A stretch of DNA of 64,000 bases. It comes from Bryobacterales bacterium. Its GTDB lineage: Bacteria; Acidobacteriota; Terriglobia; Bryobacterales; UBA6623. Each line of letters opens with the position of its first letter. The first letter of the stretch is position 1. Position numbers and translations under genes: made by a program. Below the pieces are notes generated by a model. That model was not told the DNA's origin and did not search any database. It saw nothing but the letters and a program-made list of their open reading frames with translations. Positions 16,418-30,292 of this stretch are shown one piece after another. The stretch lies in NCBI GenBank assembly GCA_965226215.1, contig CBDDCH010000002.1, forward strand, positions 3,413,228 to 3,477,227, read 5' to 3'.

Positions 16418-19009
16418 CTACTCTCTCGTCAAGAATTCGTCCAGATTAAGCAGCACCCGGCTGAGGGCGACCCAGGTCGCCGCTTCTGTTTGATCCGCGC
16501 CGTCAATACCCACAGGCAGCAGCTCGGTTACCGATTCGGGTTCCTTTTCGAGTATTACTTTCTGTCGAGTGAGATAAGACAGCATCACTTCCGACTCATT
16601 GGCGGACGGCGGTCGGCCCAGGCACAACCGGAAGCCAAAGTCCAGCCGGTCGTGAAACGAGGCGGCGGGCAGCTTCTTCAGAATGCGAAGCGCGAGAAAC
16701 TGTGCGGCTTCGAAAAACACGGGATCGTTCAGCAGGTTCAGCGCCTGTAAGGGGGTATTGGAACGTCCCCGGCGGCAAGCGGGCGTGGACGCGTCGGGTG
16801 CGTCAAAATTCTGAAGGAAAGGATAGGGCGTAGTGCGCTGGAAGTGAATGTAGAGGCCACGCTTGTAGAGATCTTTGCCCGGACTCTCGTCCCAAACCGG
16901 ATCATAGTCAAGTTTGAGCTCGAGTACCGACTCAGGCTGCGGCGGGAAAACGCTCGGGCCACCAACCGCCGGATACAACAGACCACTCGCCGCGAGGGTG
17001 GAGTCCCGCAAGAGTTCAGCCGGAAGGCGAAAAGCAGTCTGCCGGGCGAGCAAGCGGTTCCCGGGGTCCCGCTCCGCCAGGTCGGGCCGCGCTTTCGACG
17101 ATCGCCGGTACGTGGCCGACGTCGCCACCAAGCGATGTATTCGCTTCATACTCCAGCCGCTATCCATAAGCTCCGACGCCAGCCAGTCGAGCAACTCGGG
17201 GTGGGAAGGCTCCTCGCCCTGGGCGCCAAAGTTGTCCGAGGTAGTCACCAAGCCCTGCCCAAAATACTCTTGCCAGAGACGGTTCACGATGACCCGAGCT
17301 GTGAGCGGGTTTTCCCGCGACACGAGCCAGCGGGCCAGATCCAGGCGCGAGGCTTCGAGACCTGCCGGGGAAAACGGATGCAACGCGCTCGGGGTGCCCG
17401 GGCTCACCTCGATCCCCTTAGCGCGGTAGTCTCCACGCAAGTGAATGTGACTTCTGCGGGGATCTGGGCTTTGGGTGATCGTTTGCGCCATGCTGACATT
17501 TGGGAAGGAGGCTCGCAGCTCGCGCAACTGCTTGTTCAATTCGGGGAATCCTCGCTCCTGATAAAGCTCCTTTCCAATCACCATGTGGTACCAGGTGAGG
17601 AGGTGATTGGTTGCCGTGTCCCGTTGGTAGCGGGTGCGCTGAGCAGGAGGCGTCCGGAGGATCCTCAGGCCGTGATCGACCTTCTTCTCAAAATTCTCAT
17701 AAACCGTGTCCCAGTCGGTCCACTTACCGGGAGTCTCGTACGCGGCAAGCATGCGCCGCTCAAACCCCGGCTGGATCTCGGTCACACAGTACTGCTCGAG
17801 CAGTTCTTGGCGCTTGCGGTAGTACTCGTCGCGATATTTCAAGTAAGGACCCAACTCGCCCGGCAAGGGGGCTTCGAGGTTGCGCTCTTCCGCCGAATTG
17901 AAGAAGGCAAAGAGCTGGTAGTATTCCTTGTGGCTGATCGCGTCGTACTTGTGGTCGTGGCACTGGGCGCAGCCGACCGTCAGTCCAAGCCAGATCGTCC
18001 CTAGCGTGTTCGTGCGATCGACAATCTTCTCGAAGCGAAACTCCTCCAACTTCGCCCCGCTCTCGCGATTTGAGAACGTGTTGCGAAAGAAACCCGTAGC
18101 GGCTTTTTGGTCGGGTGTGGCGTTGGGCAGCAAGTCCCCGGCGATCTGTTCGACGGTGAACTTGTCGAACGGCATGTCGCGATTCAGTGCCTCGATTACC
18201 CAGTGCCGCCAGCGCCAAGCATGCGGTCGAGGCAGGTCGCGATCGTAACCGTCGCTGTCGGCATAATGTGCTTGGTCGAGCCAGTACCGGGCCCATTTTT
18301 CTCCGAAATGCGGCGAGCGCAGAAGATCCTCGACGAGACGCTCGTACGCATTCTGGCCCTGGTCGGCCAGGAACTCGTCTACCTCGTCGGGGGAGGGCGG
18401 CAGCCCGATCAGATCAAGGCTAAGGCGCCGAATGAGTGTTCGTTTGTCGGCTTCGGGCGATGGCTGGATTCCCTCATCCTCGAGCCGGGCAACAATAAAC
18501 GCGTCGATCGGGTTGCGTACCCGTTCAACGCTTCGGGTGGCGGGAACAGGGGACCTGCGAATCGGCTGCAGCGACCAGTGCGGTAACCGACCGTCATCGG
18601 ATTCCCGGCCGGTCGCGGCCGCTATTTCCTCCCGGGGCCAGGGCGCTCCTTGGTCAATCCACGACCGGAGGGTGGCAATCTGATCCGCGGTCAGGCGCTC
18701 GCCGACCGGCGGCATGGGTGACCTATCGGCCTGTCCCGTAACTCTTAGGATTAACTCGCTGGCATCGCTGTTACCGGCTTGGACTAGTGGGCCCGAATGA
18801 CCGCCGCGTAGCGCGTCCTCGCGACGGTCGATCCGCAGCCCGTTCATCTGCTGCTGGGGGCCGTGGCACACGTAACAGCGAGACCGGAAGAGCGGCTCAA
18901 TGTCACGACGGAAATCGACCTCCGGCGCACCTTCCAGCAGCGCGATCAGGAACGGGGAAACGCCAACGAGCACGAGGCGAACAAGACCTGGCCAGGGTGT
19001 CAAATACAT
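16418..19009 (-). CDS. Planctomycete cytochrome c / DUF1549 / DUF1553 (PSD1) protein
   Basis: CYVCHGP and CAQCHDHKYD haem motifs, FGEKWARYWLDQAHY, NTPLQALNLLN; 2 nt from the DUF1501 start. Confidence 0.92.
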   Translation of the reverse strand: MYLTPWPGLVRLVLVGVSPFLIALLEGAPEVDFRRDIEPLFRSRCYVCHGPQQQMNGLRIDRREDALRGGHSGPLVQAGNSDASELILRVTGQADRSPMPPVGERLTADQIATLRSWIDQGAPWPREEIAAATGRESDDGRLPHWSLQPIRRSPVPATRSVERVRNPIDAFIVARLEDEGIQPSPEADKRTLIRRLSLDLIGLPPSPDEVDEFLADQGQNAYERLVEDLLRSPHFGEKWARYWLDQAHYADSDGYDRDLPRPHAWRWRHWVIEALNRDMPFDKFTVEQIAGDLLPNATPDQKAATGFFRNTFSNRESGAKLEEFRFEKIVDRTNTLGTIWLGLTVGCAQCHDHKYDAISHKEYYQLFAFFNSAEERNLEAPLPGELGPYLKYRDEYYRKRQELLEQYCVTEIQPGFERRMLAAYETPGKWTDWDTVYENFEKKVDHGLRILRTPPAQRTRYQRDTATNHLLTWYHMVIGKELYQERGFPELNKQLRELRASFPNVSMAQTITQSPDPRRSHIHLRGDYRAKGIEVSPGTPSALHPFSPAGLEASRLDLARWLVSRENPLTARVIVNRLWQEYFGQGLVTTSDNFGAQGEEPSHPELLDWLASELMDSGWSMKRIHRLVATSATYRRSSKARPDLAERDPGNRLLARQTAFRLPAELLRDSTLAASGLLYPAVGGPSVFPPQPESVLELKLDYDPVWDESPGKDLYKRGLYIHFQRTTPYPFLQNFDAPDASTPACRRGRSNTPLQALNLLNDPVFFEAAQFLALRILKKLPAASFHDRLDFGFRLCLGRPPSANESEVMLSYLTRQKVILEKEPESVTELLPVGIDGADQTEAATWVALSRVLLNLDEFLTRE

Positions 19010-19327
19010 CGTTCTTGCATGTAGTATGCCAGATCATTCGACTTCGGTGTTGCGGCACTGCTGTTGTATATCCGAGTTACGGGTACCAGCAACCAGAAGA
19101 AGCAGAAAGTACGCGCTGGACGCCGCTACCGCGCGGGTCAGCGAGCAGTTCGTCCCACGTCCAGCAGGGATCGGAAGCAACTCATGGGAACCCACTCCCT
19201 GACGGTGGTGGTCCGGAAAAAGGTGCTATTTCGGTTGGGCCGGAGAAACTTCCGCGGGCGGTGACGTCGGCCGCAAGGCTAAGACTGGGGGACTGTCGTA
19301 GAGACAAGTTCACTATAGATTCGGAAA

Positions 19328-19373
19328 TGTCTGGCTCGAAATCCCCACACAGCACGCTGCAAGCGCGCGCCAC
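19328..19373 (-). repeat. REP family II copy
   Basis: Reverse complement gtggcgcgcgcttgcagcgtgctgtgt matches 58364 gtggcgcacgctttcagcgtgctgtgt. Confidence 0.6.
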
Positions 19374-19410
19374 GTCGCCGAGATCAAAAAGTCTTGTCTA
19401 GGACAGCTTG

Positions 19411-20877
19411 CTAATGTGCAGGCAGGTTGCTTGATCCCATCAGGTATTCGTCGACGGCGCGAGCGGCCTTGCGGCCTTCTGCGAGAGCCCACACAACGAG
19501 GGATTGGCCGCGGCGGGCATCACCCGCGGCGAAGACTTTTTCGACGGAGGTTTGAAAGTCGGAATAGTTGGCTTTGAGGTTGCTGCGCGGATCTTTTTCG
19601 ACGCCTAACTGATCGACGAGGCCATTGTGTACGGGACCAAGAAAACCCATCGCCAGCAGCACTAGATCAGCAGGAAATTCGAATTCGGACCCTCGAATGT
19701 CTTCGAACTTGAACGGCCGTTTCCCCGTCTCGGGATCCGGTTCCGGCCAGGCAAGGCGAGCGCCCTGTAGAGCTTTGACGCTGCCATTGCCGTCGCTGAT
19801 GAAACGGTTCGTGTTGACGGCCCAATCGCGCACGTCGCCTTCTTCGTGTGAGGTCTCCTGCTTGAAAGTAAAGGGCCAAAGGGGCCAAGGCTGCGCACCG
19901 GGCTCGTCGCGCGTCATCGGGGGTTTGGGAAGCAACTCAAACTGACGGATCGATTTGGCGCCCTGACGGCGACTGGTGCCCAGGCAGTCGGCGCCCGTGT
20001 CACCTCCGCCGATAATGATGACGTGCTTACCCTCGGCCGTGATGTCGAACTCAGGGTCTACCGGCCGGTTGCCGATGCGGCGGTTCTGCTGTGGCAGGAA
20101 CTGCATCGCAAAGTAAACGCCGTCGAGGTCGCGACCGGGAATCTTCAAATCACGAGGGTTCTCGGCGCCGGTGGAGAGCAGGATGGCGTCGAACTCGTCG
20201 AGCAGTTGCTTACCCGTTACATCGATTCCGACGTTAACGCCACATCTGAACTTCACGCCTTCCGCCTGCATCTGCTCAACGCGGTGCGCAACACGGTGTT
20301 TTTCCATCTTGAAGTCGGGAATGCCAAGCGCCAACAATCCGCCGGGGACTTCGTTTTTTTCGAAGAGCGTCACCCAGTGGCCGGCGCGGTTAAGTTGCTG
20401 CGCGGCCGCCAGGCCGGCGGGCCCGGAACCCACAACCGCCACTTTCTTCTCCGTGCGCTCGTCGGGAGTTTCAGGAACAATCCAGCCTTCCGCCCACCCG
20501 CGGTCGACGATTGATTTTTCGATGGCCTTGATCGAGACAGGGTCTTCGTTGATGCCGAGGACGCAGGCGGCTTCACACGGCGCGGGACAAAGGCGGCCGG
20601 TGAACTCGGGGAAGTTGTTGGTGGAGTGCAACTCACGCAGAGCGTCTTTCCAGCGGCCGCGATAAACGAGGTCGTTGAAGTCGGGAATGATATTGTTGAG
20701 CGGGCAGCCCGTATGGCAAAAAGGAATGCCGCAATCCATGCAGCGCGCGCCTTGGATCTTGAGGTCCGGTTCCGACATCGGTTTGTAGACCTCTTTGGAG
20801 TCCTTAATGCGCACGAGGACGTCCCGACCCGCGGGGGCCTGACGTTCGTACTCCATGAATCCGGTGGTTTTGCCCAT
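19411..20877 (-). CDS. gltD: Glutamate synthase small subunit
   Basis: [70 protein letters not shown]. Confidence 0.97.
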   Translation of the reverse strand: MGKTTGFMEYERQAPAGRDVLVRIKDSKEVYKPMSEPDLKIQGARCMDCGIPFCHTGCPLNNIIPDFNDLVYRGRWKDALRELHSTNNFPEFTGRLCPAPCEAACVLGINEDPVSIKAIEKSIVDRGWAEGWIVPETPDERTEKKVAVVGSGPAGLAAAQQLNRAGHWVTLFEKNEVPGGLLALGIPDFKMEKHRVAHRVEQMQAEGVKFRCGVNVGIDVTGKQLLDEFDAILLSTGAENPRDLKIPGRDLDGVYFAMQFLPQQNRRIGNRPVDPEFDITAEGKHVIIIGGGDTGADCLGTSRRQGAKSIRQFELLPKPPMTRDEPGAQPWPLWPFTFKQETSHEEGDVRDWAVNTNRFISDGNGSVKALQGARLAWPEPDPETGKRPFKFEDIRGSEFEFPADLVLLAMGFLGPVHNGLVDQLGVEKDPRSNLKANYSDFQTSVEKVFAAGDARRGQSLVVWALAEGRKAARAVDEYLMGSSNLPAH

Positions 20878-20951
20878 ACTCGCTCTAGAGTATTTTGCGA
20901 AGCAAAGCCCGTCGAAACGGGCTAAGGGCCACTCTTCCTAACTCTTTGTGA

Positions 20952-21001
20952 CAGCCGTAAAACGGCTGGCCTATTCTAATCAACCCGCGTCAACGGGCTA
21001 G
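20952..21001 (+). repeat. REP family III double hairpin between gltB and gltD
   Basis: cagccgtaaaacggctggccta followed by cccgcgtcaacggg; same arrangement in reverse at 42806-42862. Confidence 0.55.
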
Positions 21002-21119
21002 CAAACTGCGTAGCGGGCGCCAATCCTAATGTCAGGTAATGACTGGGTTCGGCGGACGACTCTACTTTCGACGCGGCTGAACCACGGCGCACCCCACCGC
21101 CGGGGTTCTCGCCCCGTAC

Positions 21120-25697
<4,578 letters not shown>

Positions 25698-25830
25698 CGG
25701 TCGTACTCTTCAATTCTTTCCGGTTAACGGCCGCCCCCATCGGAGGATCGCCTGTTACGGAGGCCGTGATTCGAAAGGAGACCGGAAGATATTGATCCCC
25801 GAACACGGGGACACCTCTCCTGATGGACGT

Positions 25831-25860
25831 AGCATAGCACTGGCGTCAATATTATTGCAA
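25831..25860 (-). promoter_or_regulatory. Candidate sigma70 promoter of gltBD
   Basis: Minus strand TTGCAA-N18-TATGCT with an extended -10 TG, 133 nt upstream of the gltB start. Confidence 0.45.
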
Positions 25861-25880
25861 GCAAAAATAACTCGTCTTAC

Positions 25881-25899
25881 ATATAAGTATTACTTATAT
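25881..25899. promoter_or_regulatory. AT-rich palindrome, candidate operator upstream of gltB
   Basis: ATATAAGTA-T-TACTTATAT, a perfect 9-1-9 inverted repeat. Confidence 0.4.
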
Positions 25900-26165
25900 A
25901 ATATTCCTCTCTGTATTCCGCACTGTGTCCTTCCATACCAATTAAGATACGATCGAACCCGTCGTGGAACGGCTGAGGCAAGTCTATCAGGAAGCTACAC
26001 GAGCGATTCTTGCGATTCTGAAGTAGTAACTACCCAAACTTTTTGAGAGTCAGCACCAGCGAGGAGGAGCGATGAAACGGGGACCTCACATGGCGCCTCT
26101 ATGATTCTTATTCACCTGGTCGCCGGCGGGATTCGTCGCTTATTCGCACCGGCGGCAGGCATCCT

Positions 26166-27644
26166 CTATTCACTCTGCTTCGAAAAGCAGTACAAGGCTT
26201 TTGTTGTTCGTACGTAAATCCGGCCGTCCACGATGGCGGGCGTGGCGTAGCATGACTCACCCAGGTCGTTGGTTGCTAGGACCTCCCAGTCGGCTCCCGG
26301 CTTGAGAACAGAGATCTTCCCTTCTTCGCTGACCATGAAAATCTTGTTGTCGGCGGCGACGGGAGAAGCGAAGTATCTGCCGAGAGCGCCGGGCAGACGC
26401 GCCTGCTTCAAGACCTTTCCCGTTTCCGGGTCCAGGCTGGTGACAATGCCGCCCTCTTTCATCATGTAAAGGACGCCCTTATAGAGCAGCGGTGAAGGAA
26501 CGTTCGGCAGGCTCTTGTGATAGCGCCACTTGATGGCGCTGTCGCTCATGTCACCCTCGCCGCCCAGGCGAATCGCCATGACGGAGTTGACGGAGGCGCT
26601 GCGGTTTCGATACTGCTCCCAATCTCGCGCGCCGAGGTAGCCGTCCTGATCGAGATCGAAGTGCGGCCAATTGCCGGTCATGGCCGGATCAGGCGCCTCC
26701 TCCCGAGAGAGCTTGCCGTCCTGATCTTCGTCATGTTCCTTGAGAGCGGCCTCGAATGAGGGAACTCGCTTCTGATTGCCCACATCTGCGCCACCGGCCC
26801 AGTTTTGAACGTAGATCGTATCCTGGTCTTTGACCGGCGTGGGTTTCTGCTGCCAGGTAAGTCCGCGAGTCCACCACATCTTCTTGCCGGAGGCCACCGA
26901 ATAGGCGATGAGCCGGTAGGAACCCGTGACGAGAACCTGCAGCCCGGCGCCCTCCGGCGGATCGTAAAGCAGTGGCGTCGAGAAGCCCCTTCGGACAAAA
27001 AGACGCTCGTCGCGCCAGGCAACCTCTCCCGTGTCTTTGTGTACGGCCAGCATGAATGCGCCGCTTTCCGCGTCGCAGACCTGAATGACTTTACCGTCGG
27101 CCAGAATGGGCGATGCTCCCAGACCCATCATGTTGTTGAACGGGCCCAAGGGTATACGCCACCTCTCATCGCCATCCGGCCCATAGGAGACAAGTCCCAG
27201 ATCCTGGAAAAAGACATACACGTTTTCTCCGTCGGTCGCCGGGCTGGGGGAAGCGGGTGTGTTGTCGTCGTGAAGCTGTCCTTGGCGTTCGCGGCGAATC
27301 TCCCGCTGCCATCGCATCTCACCCGTTCCACGATCAAGGGCTATCGTCAGCAGCTTATCGCCTTCAAACGCCGTTAGGAAGATGCTGCTTGCGCCGGAAG
27401 CTGGAGATGAATGGCCCGGCGGCAAAGACGTCCTCCAAACGAGGTTTCTGTCAGGGCCGAATTCTGAGGGAAGCGCCGCCCCTTCGGAAACACCCGAGCC
27501 GTTCGGTCCGCGGAACCGCGTCCACTCAGAGGCTGAGAGGCTCACACAGGACAACCACCCGATCAACGACAGCGCCAAAGCCGAAAAGGAAAAGTTCACG
27601 ACGCACCTCCGGTGTAGACGACTATACCTCCATCGGATGGGCAA
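26166..27644 (-). CDS. PQQ-binding-like beta-propeller (BamB-like) protein with EF-hand-like insert
   Basis: WTRFRGPNGSG, LVWRTSLPPGHSSP, ASPSPATDGENVYVFF, SPVAADNKIF, ATPAIVDGRIYVRT; DEDQDGKLSREE and DLDQDGYL loops. The true start may be a downstream GTG. Confidence 0.85.
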   Translation of the reverse strand: MPIRWRYSRLHRRCVVNFSFSALALSLIGWLSCVSLSASEWTRFRGPNGSGVSEGAALPSEFGPDRNLVWRTSLPPGHSSPASGASSIFLTAFEGDKLLTIALDRGTGEMRWQREIRRERQGQLHDDNTPASPSPATDGENVYVFFQDLGLVSYGPDGDERWRIPLGPFNNMMGLGASPILADGKVIQVCDAESGAFMLAVHKDTGEVAWRDERLFVRRGFSTPLLYDPPEGAGLQVLVTGSYRLIAYSVASGKKMWWTRGLTWQQKPTPVKDQDTIYVQNWAGGADVGNQKRVPSFEAALKEHDEDQDGKLSREEAPDPAMTGNWPHFDLDQDGYLGARDWEQYRNRSASVNSVMAIRLGGEGDMSDSAIKWRYHKSLPNVPSPLLYKGVLYMMKEGGIVTSLDPETGKVLKQARLPGALGRYFASPVAADNKIFMVSEEGKISVLKPGADWEVLATNDLGESCYATPAIVDGRIYVRTTKALYCFSKQSE

Positions 27645-27745
27645 GGGAATCGTTCAACGGACCCGGTGCCCACACAGCTCGATGCTGCCGGCCGGGCACA
27701 AAGGTTTTAGGGACACGGAGGGTGGCAGCCAGGCGGCTCCTCGGG

Positions 27746-27856
27746 AGGGACATGTCGGACCCCTGGACCGGCGAGATCGCCGATCCCTACCGCCGCGGCT
27801 TGTGACGACTCAAGTGGGGACAAGCGATCTCGCTTGTCCCCAGCGACATGTCGCGG
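27746..27856. repeat. Divergent REP pair (GTAG / GTGG, GCGATCTCGC core)
   Basis: Reverse complement gtagggatcggcgatctcgccggtcc (27760-27790) and gtggggacaagcgatctcgcttgtcccc (27814-27841), flanked by gacatgtc motifs. Confidence 0.55.
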
Positions 27857-27966
27857 CGGTACATGCCAAACGGCGTCATGCGGGGAAAGATTCGTTGGTT
27901 CCATCACAGTTTAAGTGACGAGTATTAGGACTAGCCAAGCGTCCCTGGCAAGCCTCCAAGGCTTTG

Positions 27967-27996
27967 TTGACAGCCGCTCAGTGGCACACCTAGAAT
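27967..27996 (+). promoter_or_regulatory. Sigma70 promoter of the tRNA pair
   Basis: TTGACA-N18-TAGAAT, 14 nt upstream of tRNA-Gly. Confidence 0.75.
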
Positions 27997-28010
27997 CAGA
28001 GTGGTTGCAA

Positions 28011-28086
28011 GCGGGAGTAACTCAGCTGGTAGAGTGCGACCTTGCCAAGGTCGATGTCGCGGGTTCGAGCCCCGTCTCCCGCTCCA
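28011..28086 (+). tRNA. tRNA-Gly (GCC)
   Basis: GCGGGAG acceptor stem, cgacc-ttGCCaa-ggtcg anticodon arm, GGTTCGAGCCC T-arm, encoded CCA. Confidence 0.97.
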
Positions 28087-28129
28087 CCCTTAGCAAGAGA
28101 ACTCGAACCTAGCCGAAAATCAGTTCTTT

Positions 28130-28204
<75 letters not shown>

Positions 28205-28320
28205 TTCTAAGTCCTTAATTTTCAACGTATCCCATTGATTCCTTAGCTTGTTATCGAATATCCATTCCTTGCGCATTCTTGCGCTCGCCTGCGGTAGATT
28301 GTGGTGTTTTGCTCTCGTAA

Positions 28321-28340
28321 CTGCCAGAAAACTGCCAGAA
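28321..28340 (+). repeat. Tandem CTGCCAGAA repeats (integrase arm-type site candidate, left)
   Basis: ctgccagaa-aa-ctgccagaa; mirrored by ctgccagaa-tc-ctgccagga at 44538-44557. Confidence 0.6.
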
Positions 28341-28346
28341 GAGGCG

Positions 28347-28684
28347 TCATTGAATCGCCTCCCTGGCTCGGGTTTCTGCCTTGTTTAGGTATCCGTACCG
28401 GCGCATAGCCGCGTCCTGGTGGCGTTGCGTGATGTGGACGTACTTCTGGACTGCCCGGATGCTTGAATGCCCCAGAATGGACGCCAGAGTCGCCAGGTCC
28501 ATCCCCCGTTCCGCCATCCTCGTGGCGAACGTATGCCGCAAGTCGTAGATGACAAACTTCAGTCCGGTTTCTTCAAGCACTTTGCTGTGGGAGTTGTTGA
28601 GCTTACTGGCGTGGGTGCCTTTCTTTTTGCCTGGGAATGCCCACTGCCCGCCGTCCAGCCGTTTGCCCAGTATCTCGGCGACCT
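28347..28684 (-). pseudogene. Tyrosine recombinase/integrase, C-terminal remnant
   Basis: YDLRHTFAT, LGHSS and KYVH catalytic-box motifs; N-terminal part absent. Confidence 0.85.
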
Positions 28685-28743
28685 CGACTAGCTCTCTCAT
28701 CGGGCGAACCTCTTCCTGTCGGGTCGCCTACGATACAACACTA
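28685..28743. repeat. Truncated copy of the 68-bp inverted-repeat element at 61449-61516
   Basis: cgactagctctctcatcgggcgaacctcttcctgtcgggtcgcctacgatacaacacta is nearly identical to the reverse complement of 61445-61503; one arm is missing. Confidence 0.75.
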
Positions 28744-28823
28744 AAGATATCCCGACAGTTACCGCAAGCGGGATCGGCAGATCGATCCGATCGCCAATTA
28801 GTCCTACTCGCGGTCGTGGGCCA

Positions 28824-30237
28824 GAGATATTGTCAAATGTTGTGGATGGGCGAGGTCAGGCGGCGTTTTCCTGAACCATCAATCCATCCTTGAAAACCTT
28901 TCCCTCTAAGACATGAACAATCACTTCCGAACCGTTCAGGCGTCGCCAGTGGCGCTCGGCTTGGCGGGCCAGCATGAAGACCATCGTTAACGACGCTTCG
29001 CGGCTGCCACAACCCTTCGTTCGTCGCTGCCGCAAACGGACCGTCGCAAAGGTGGACTCGATCGGGTTCGTCGTCCGCAAGTGCCCCCAGTGCTCGGCCG
29101 GAAAGTCGTAGAAAGCCAGCAGCACTTGGCGGTCTTTTTCCAGGCACTCGACCGCTTTGGGGAACTTCTTCTCGTATAGGTTCTTGAAACGGTCCAGAGC
29201 GGCCTCCGCCGTCTGCCGACTCTCGGCAAGATAGATGTCGCGCAGCGCCTGCTTGGCTTTGCCCTGCATGCTCTGCGGCAGCTTATTGAGCACGTTGGCC
29301 GTCTTGTGGAGCCAGCAGCGTTGCTCACCGGTCGCCGGATAGACTTTCCGCAGTGCCGCCCAAAACCCCATCGCTCCGTCGCCCACCGCCAACTTCGGCG
29401 GCAGCTCGAGCCCCTGCCGTTTCAAGTCCTCCAGCAACTCCTGCCACGACAGTTCGCTTTCGCGAAAGCCGTCGTGCACCGCCAGCAGTTGCTTGCGACC
29501 GTCTTCGAGTGCTCCCATCACAACCAGCAAACACTGCCGTTCATCGTCCAGACGAACATTCGAGTAGATGCCATCGGCCCAAATGTAAACAAACCGCTGG
29601 CCGCTGAGGTCACGCTTTGACCAAGCCTCGTACTCGCGGCGCCAGACGTCTTTGAGACGCACCACCGTCGTCGCCGACAGGCCCGGAGCGTCGGGCCCCA
29701 GCAAGGCCTCCAGCGCTTCGCTGAAATCGCCCGTCGAGATCCCTTTCAGGTACAACCAGGGGATCAACTCCTCCACACTCTTCGTGCGCCGCAGATACGG
29801 CGGCAGGATCTGGGAAGTGAAACGAAAGCGCCGGCCCTGCTCATCGACTCGGCGATCGTCGACCCGCGGCGCCTGGATCTTCAGCTGACCCACGCCGCTG
29901 ACGATGGTGCGCTCGCGGGCGTGACCGTTGCGCACCACCAGCCGCCGGCCGTCCTGGTCGACTTCGTGCTGATGCGTTTCGATGTAGGCGGTCACTTCGG
30001 CTTCCACGGCCTTGACGAGCATCTGGCGCGCTCCTTGGCGCAGCACCTCATCCAAGGGCGAGCGTTCCTTTCCATCAATGACTTGGGGGTTGACTTGACT
30101 GCTGCTCTCAGCAGCTTCACACTGACTCATGGCGTATCCTCCTTGTTCCTTTCCAGAAAACGATTGAGTTGCTTCCTCAATCGTCAGGATACGCCGCCTC
30201 CCCTCAGAGGCTCATCCACAACTTCTGGTTATAGCTC
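28824..30237 (-). mobile_element. IS256-family element, copy 1 (1414 bp)
   Basis: Imperfect TIRs GAGCTATAACCAGAAGTTGTGGATG / GAGATATTGTCAAATGTTGTGGATG; flanks cgtgggcca and cgtgggact match at only 7 of 9 positions. Confidence 0.93.
28856..30130 (-). CDS. IS256-family transposase
   Basis: 424 aa; IWADGIY, AVGDGAMGFW, QRCWLHK, RTTNPIESTF. Confidence 0.95.
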   Translation of the reverse strand: MSQCEAAESSSQVNPQVIDGKERSPLDEVLRQGARQMLVKAVEAEVTAYIETHQHEVDQDGRRLVVRNGHARERTIVSGVGQLKIQAPRVDDRRVDEQGRRFRFTSQILPPYLRRTKSVEELIPWLYLKGISTGDFSEALEALLGPDAPGLSATTVVRLKDVWRREYEAWSKRDLSGQRFVYIWADGIYSNVRLDDERQCLLVVMGALEDGRKQLLAVHDGFRESELSWQELLEDLKRQGLELPPKLAVGDGAMGFWAALRKVYPATGEQRCWLHKTANVLNKLPQSMQGKAKQALRDIYLAESRQTAEAALDRFKNLYEKKFPKAVECLEKDRQVLLAFYDFPAEHWGHLRTTNPIESTFATVRLRQRRTKGCGSREASLTMVFMLARQAERHWRRLNGSEVIVHVLEGKVFKDGLMVQENAA

Positions 30238-30292
30238 CGTGGGACTCCTTGTACCCCTCTAGACCCAGACATCCAACTATAATGTGCCTGAT

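Noticed and set aside
26072-26104. Tiny ORF MKRGPHMAPL after a strong GAGGAGG
   Set aside because: No regulatory codon pattern and no gene downstream on that strand; cannot be supported.
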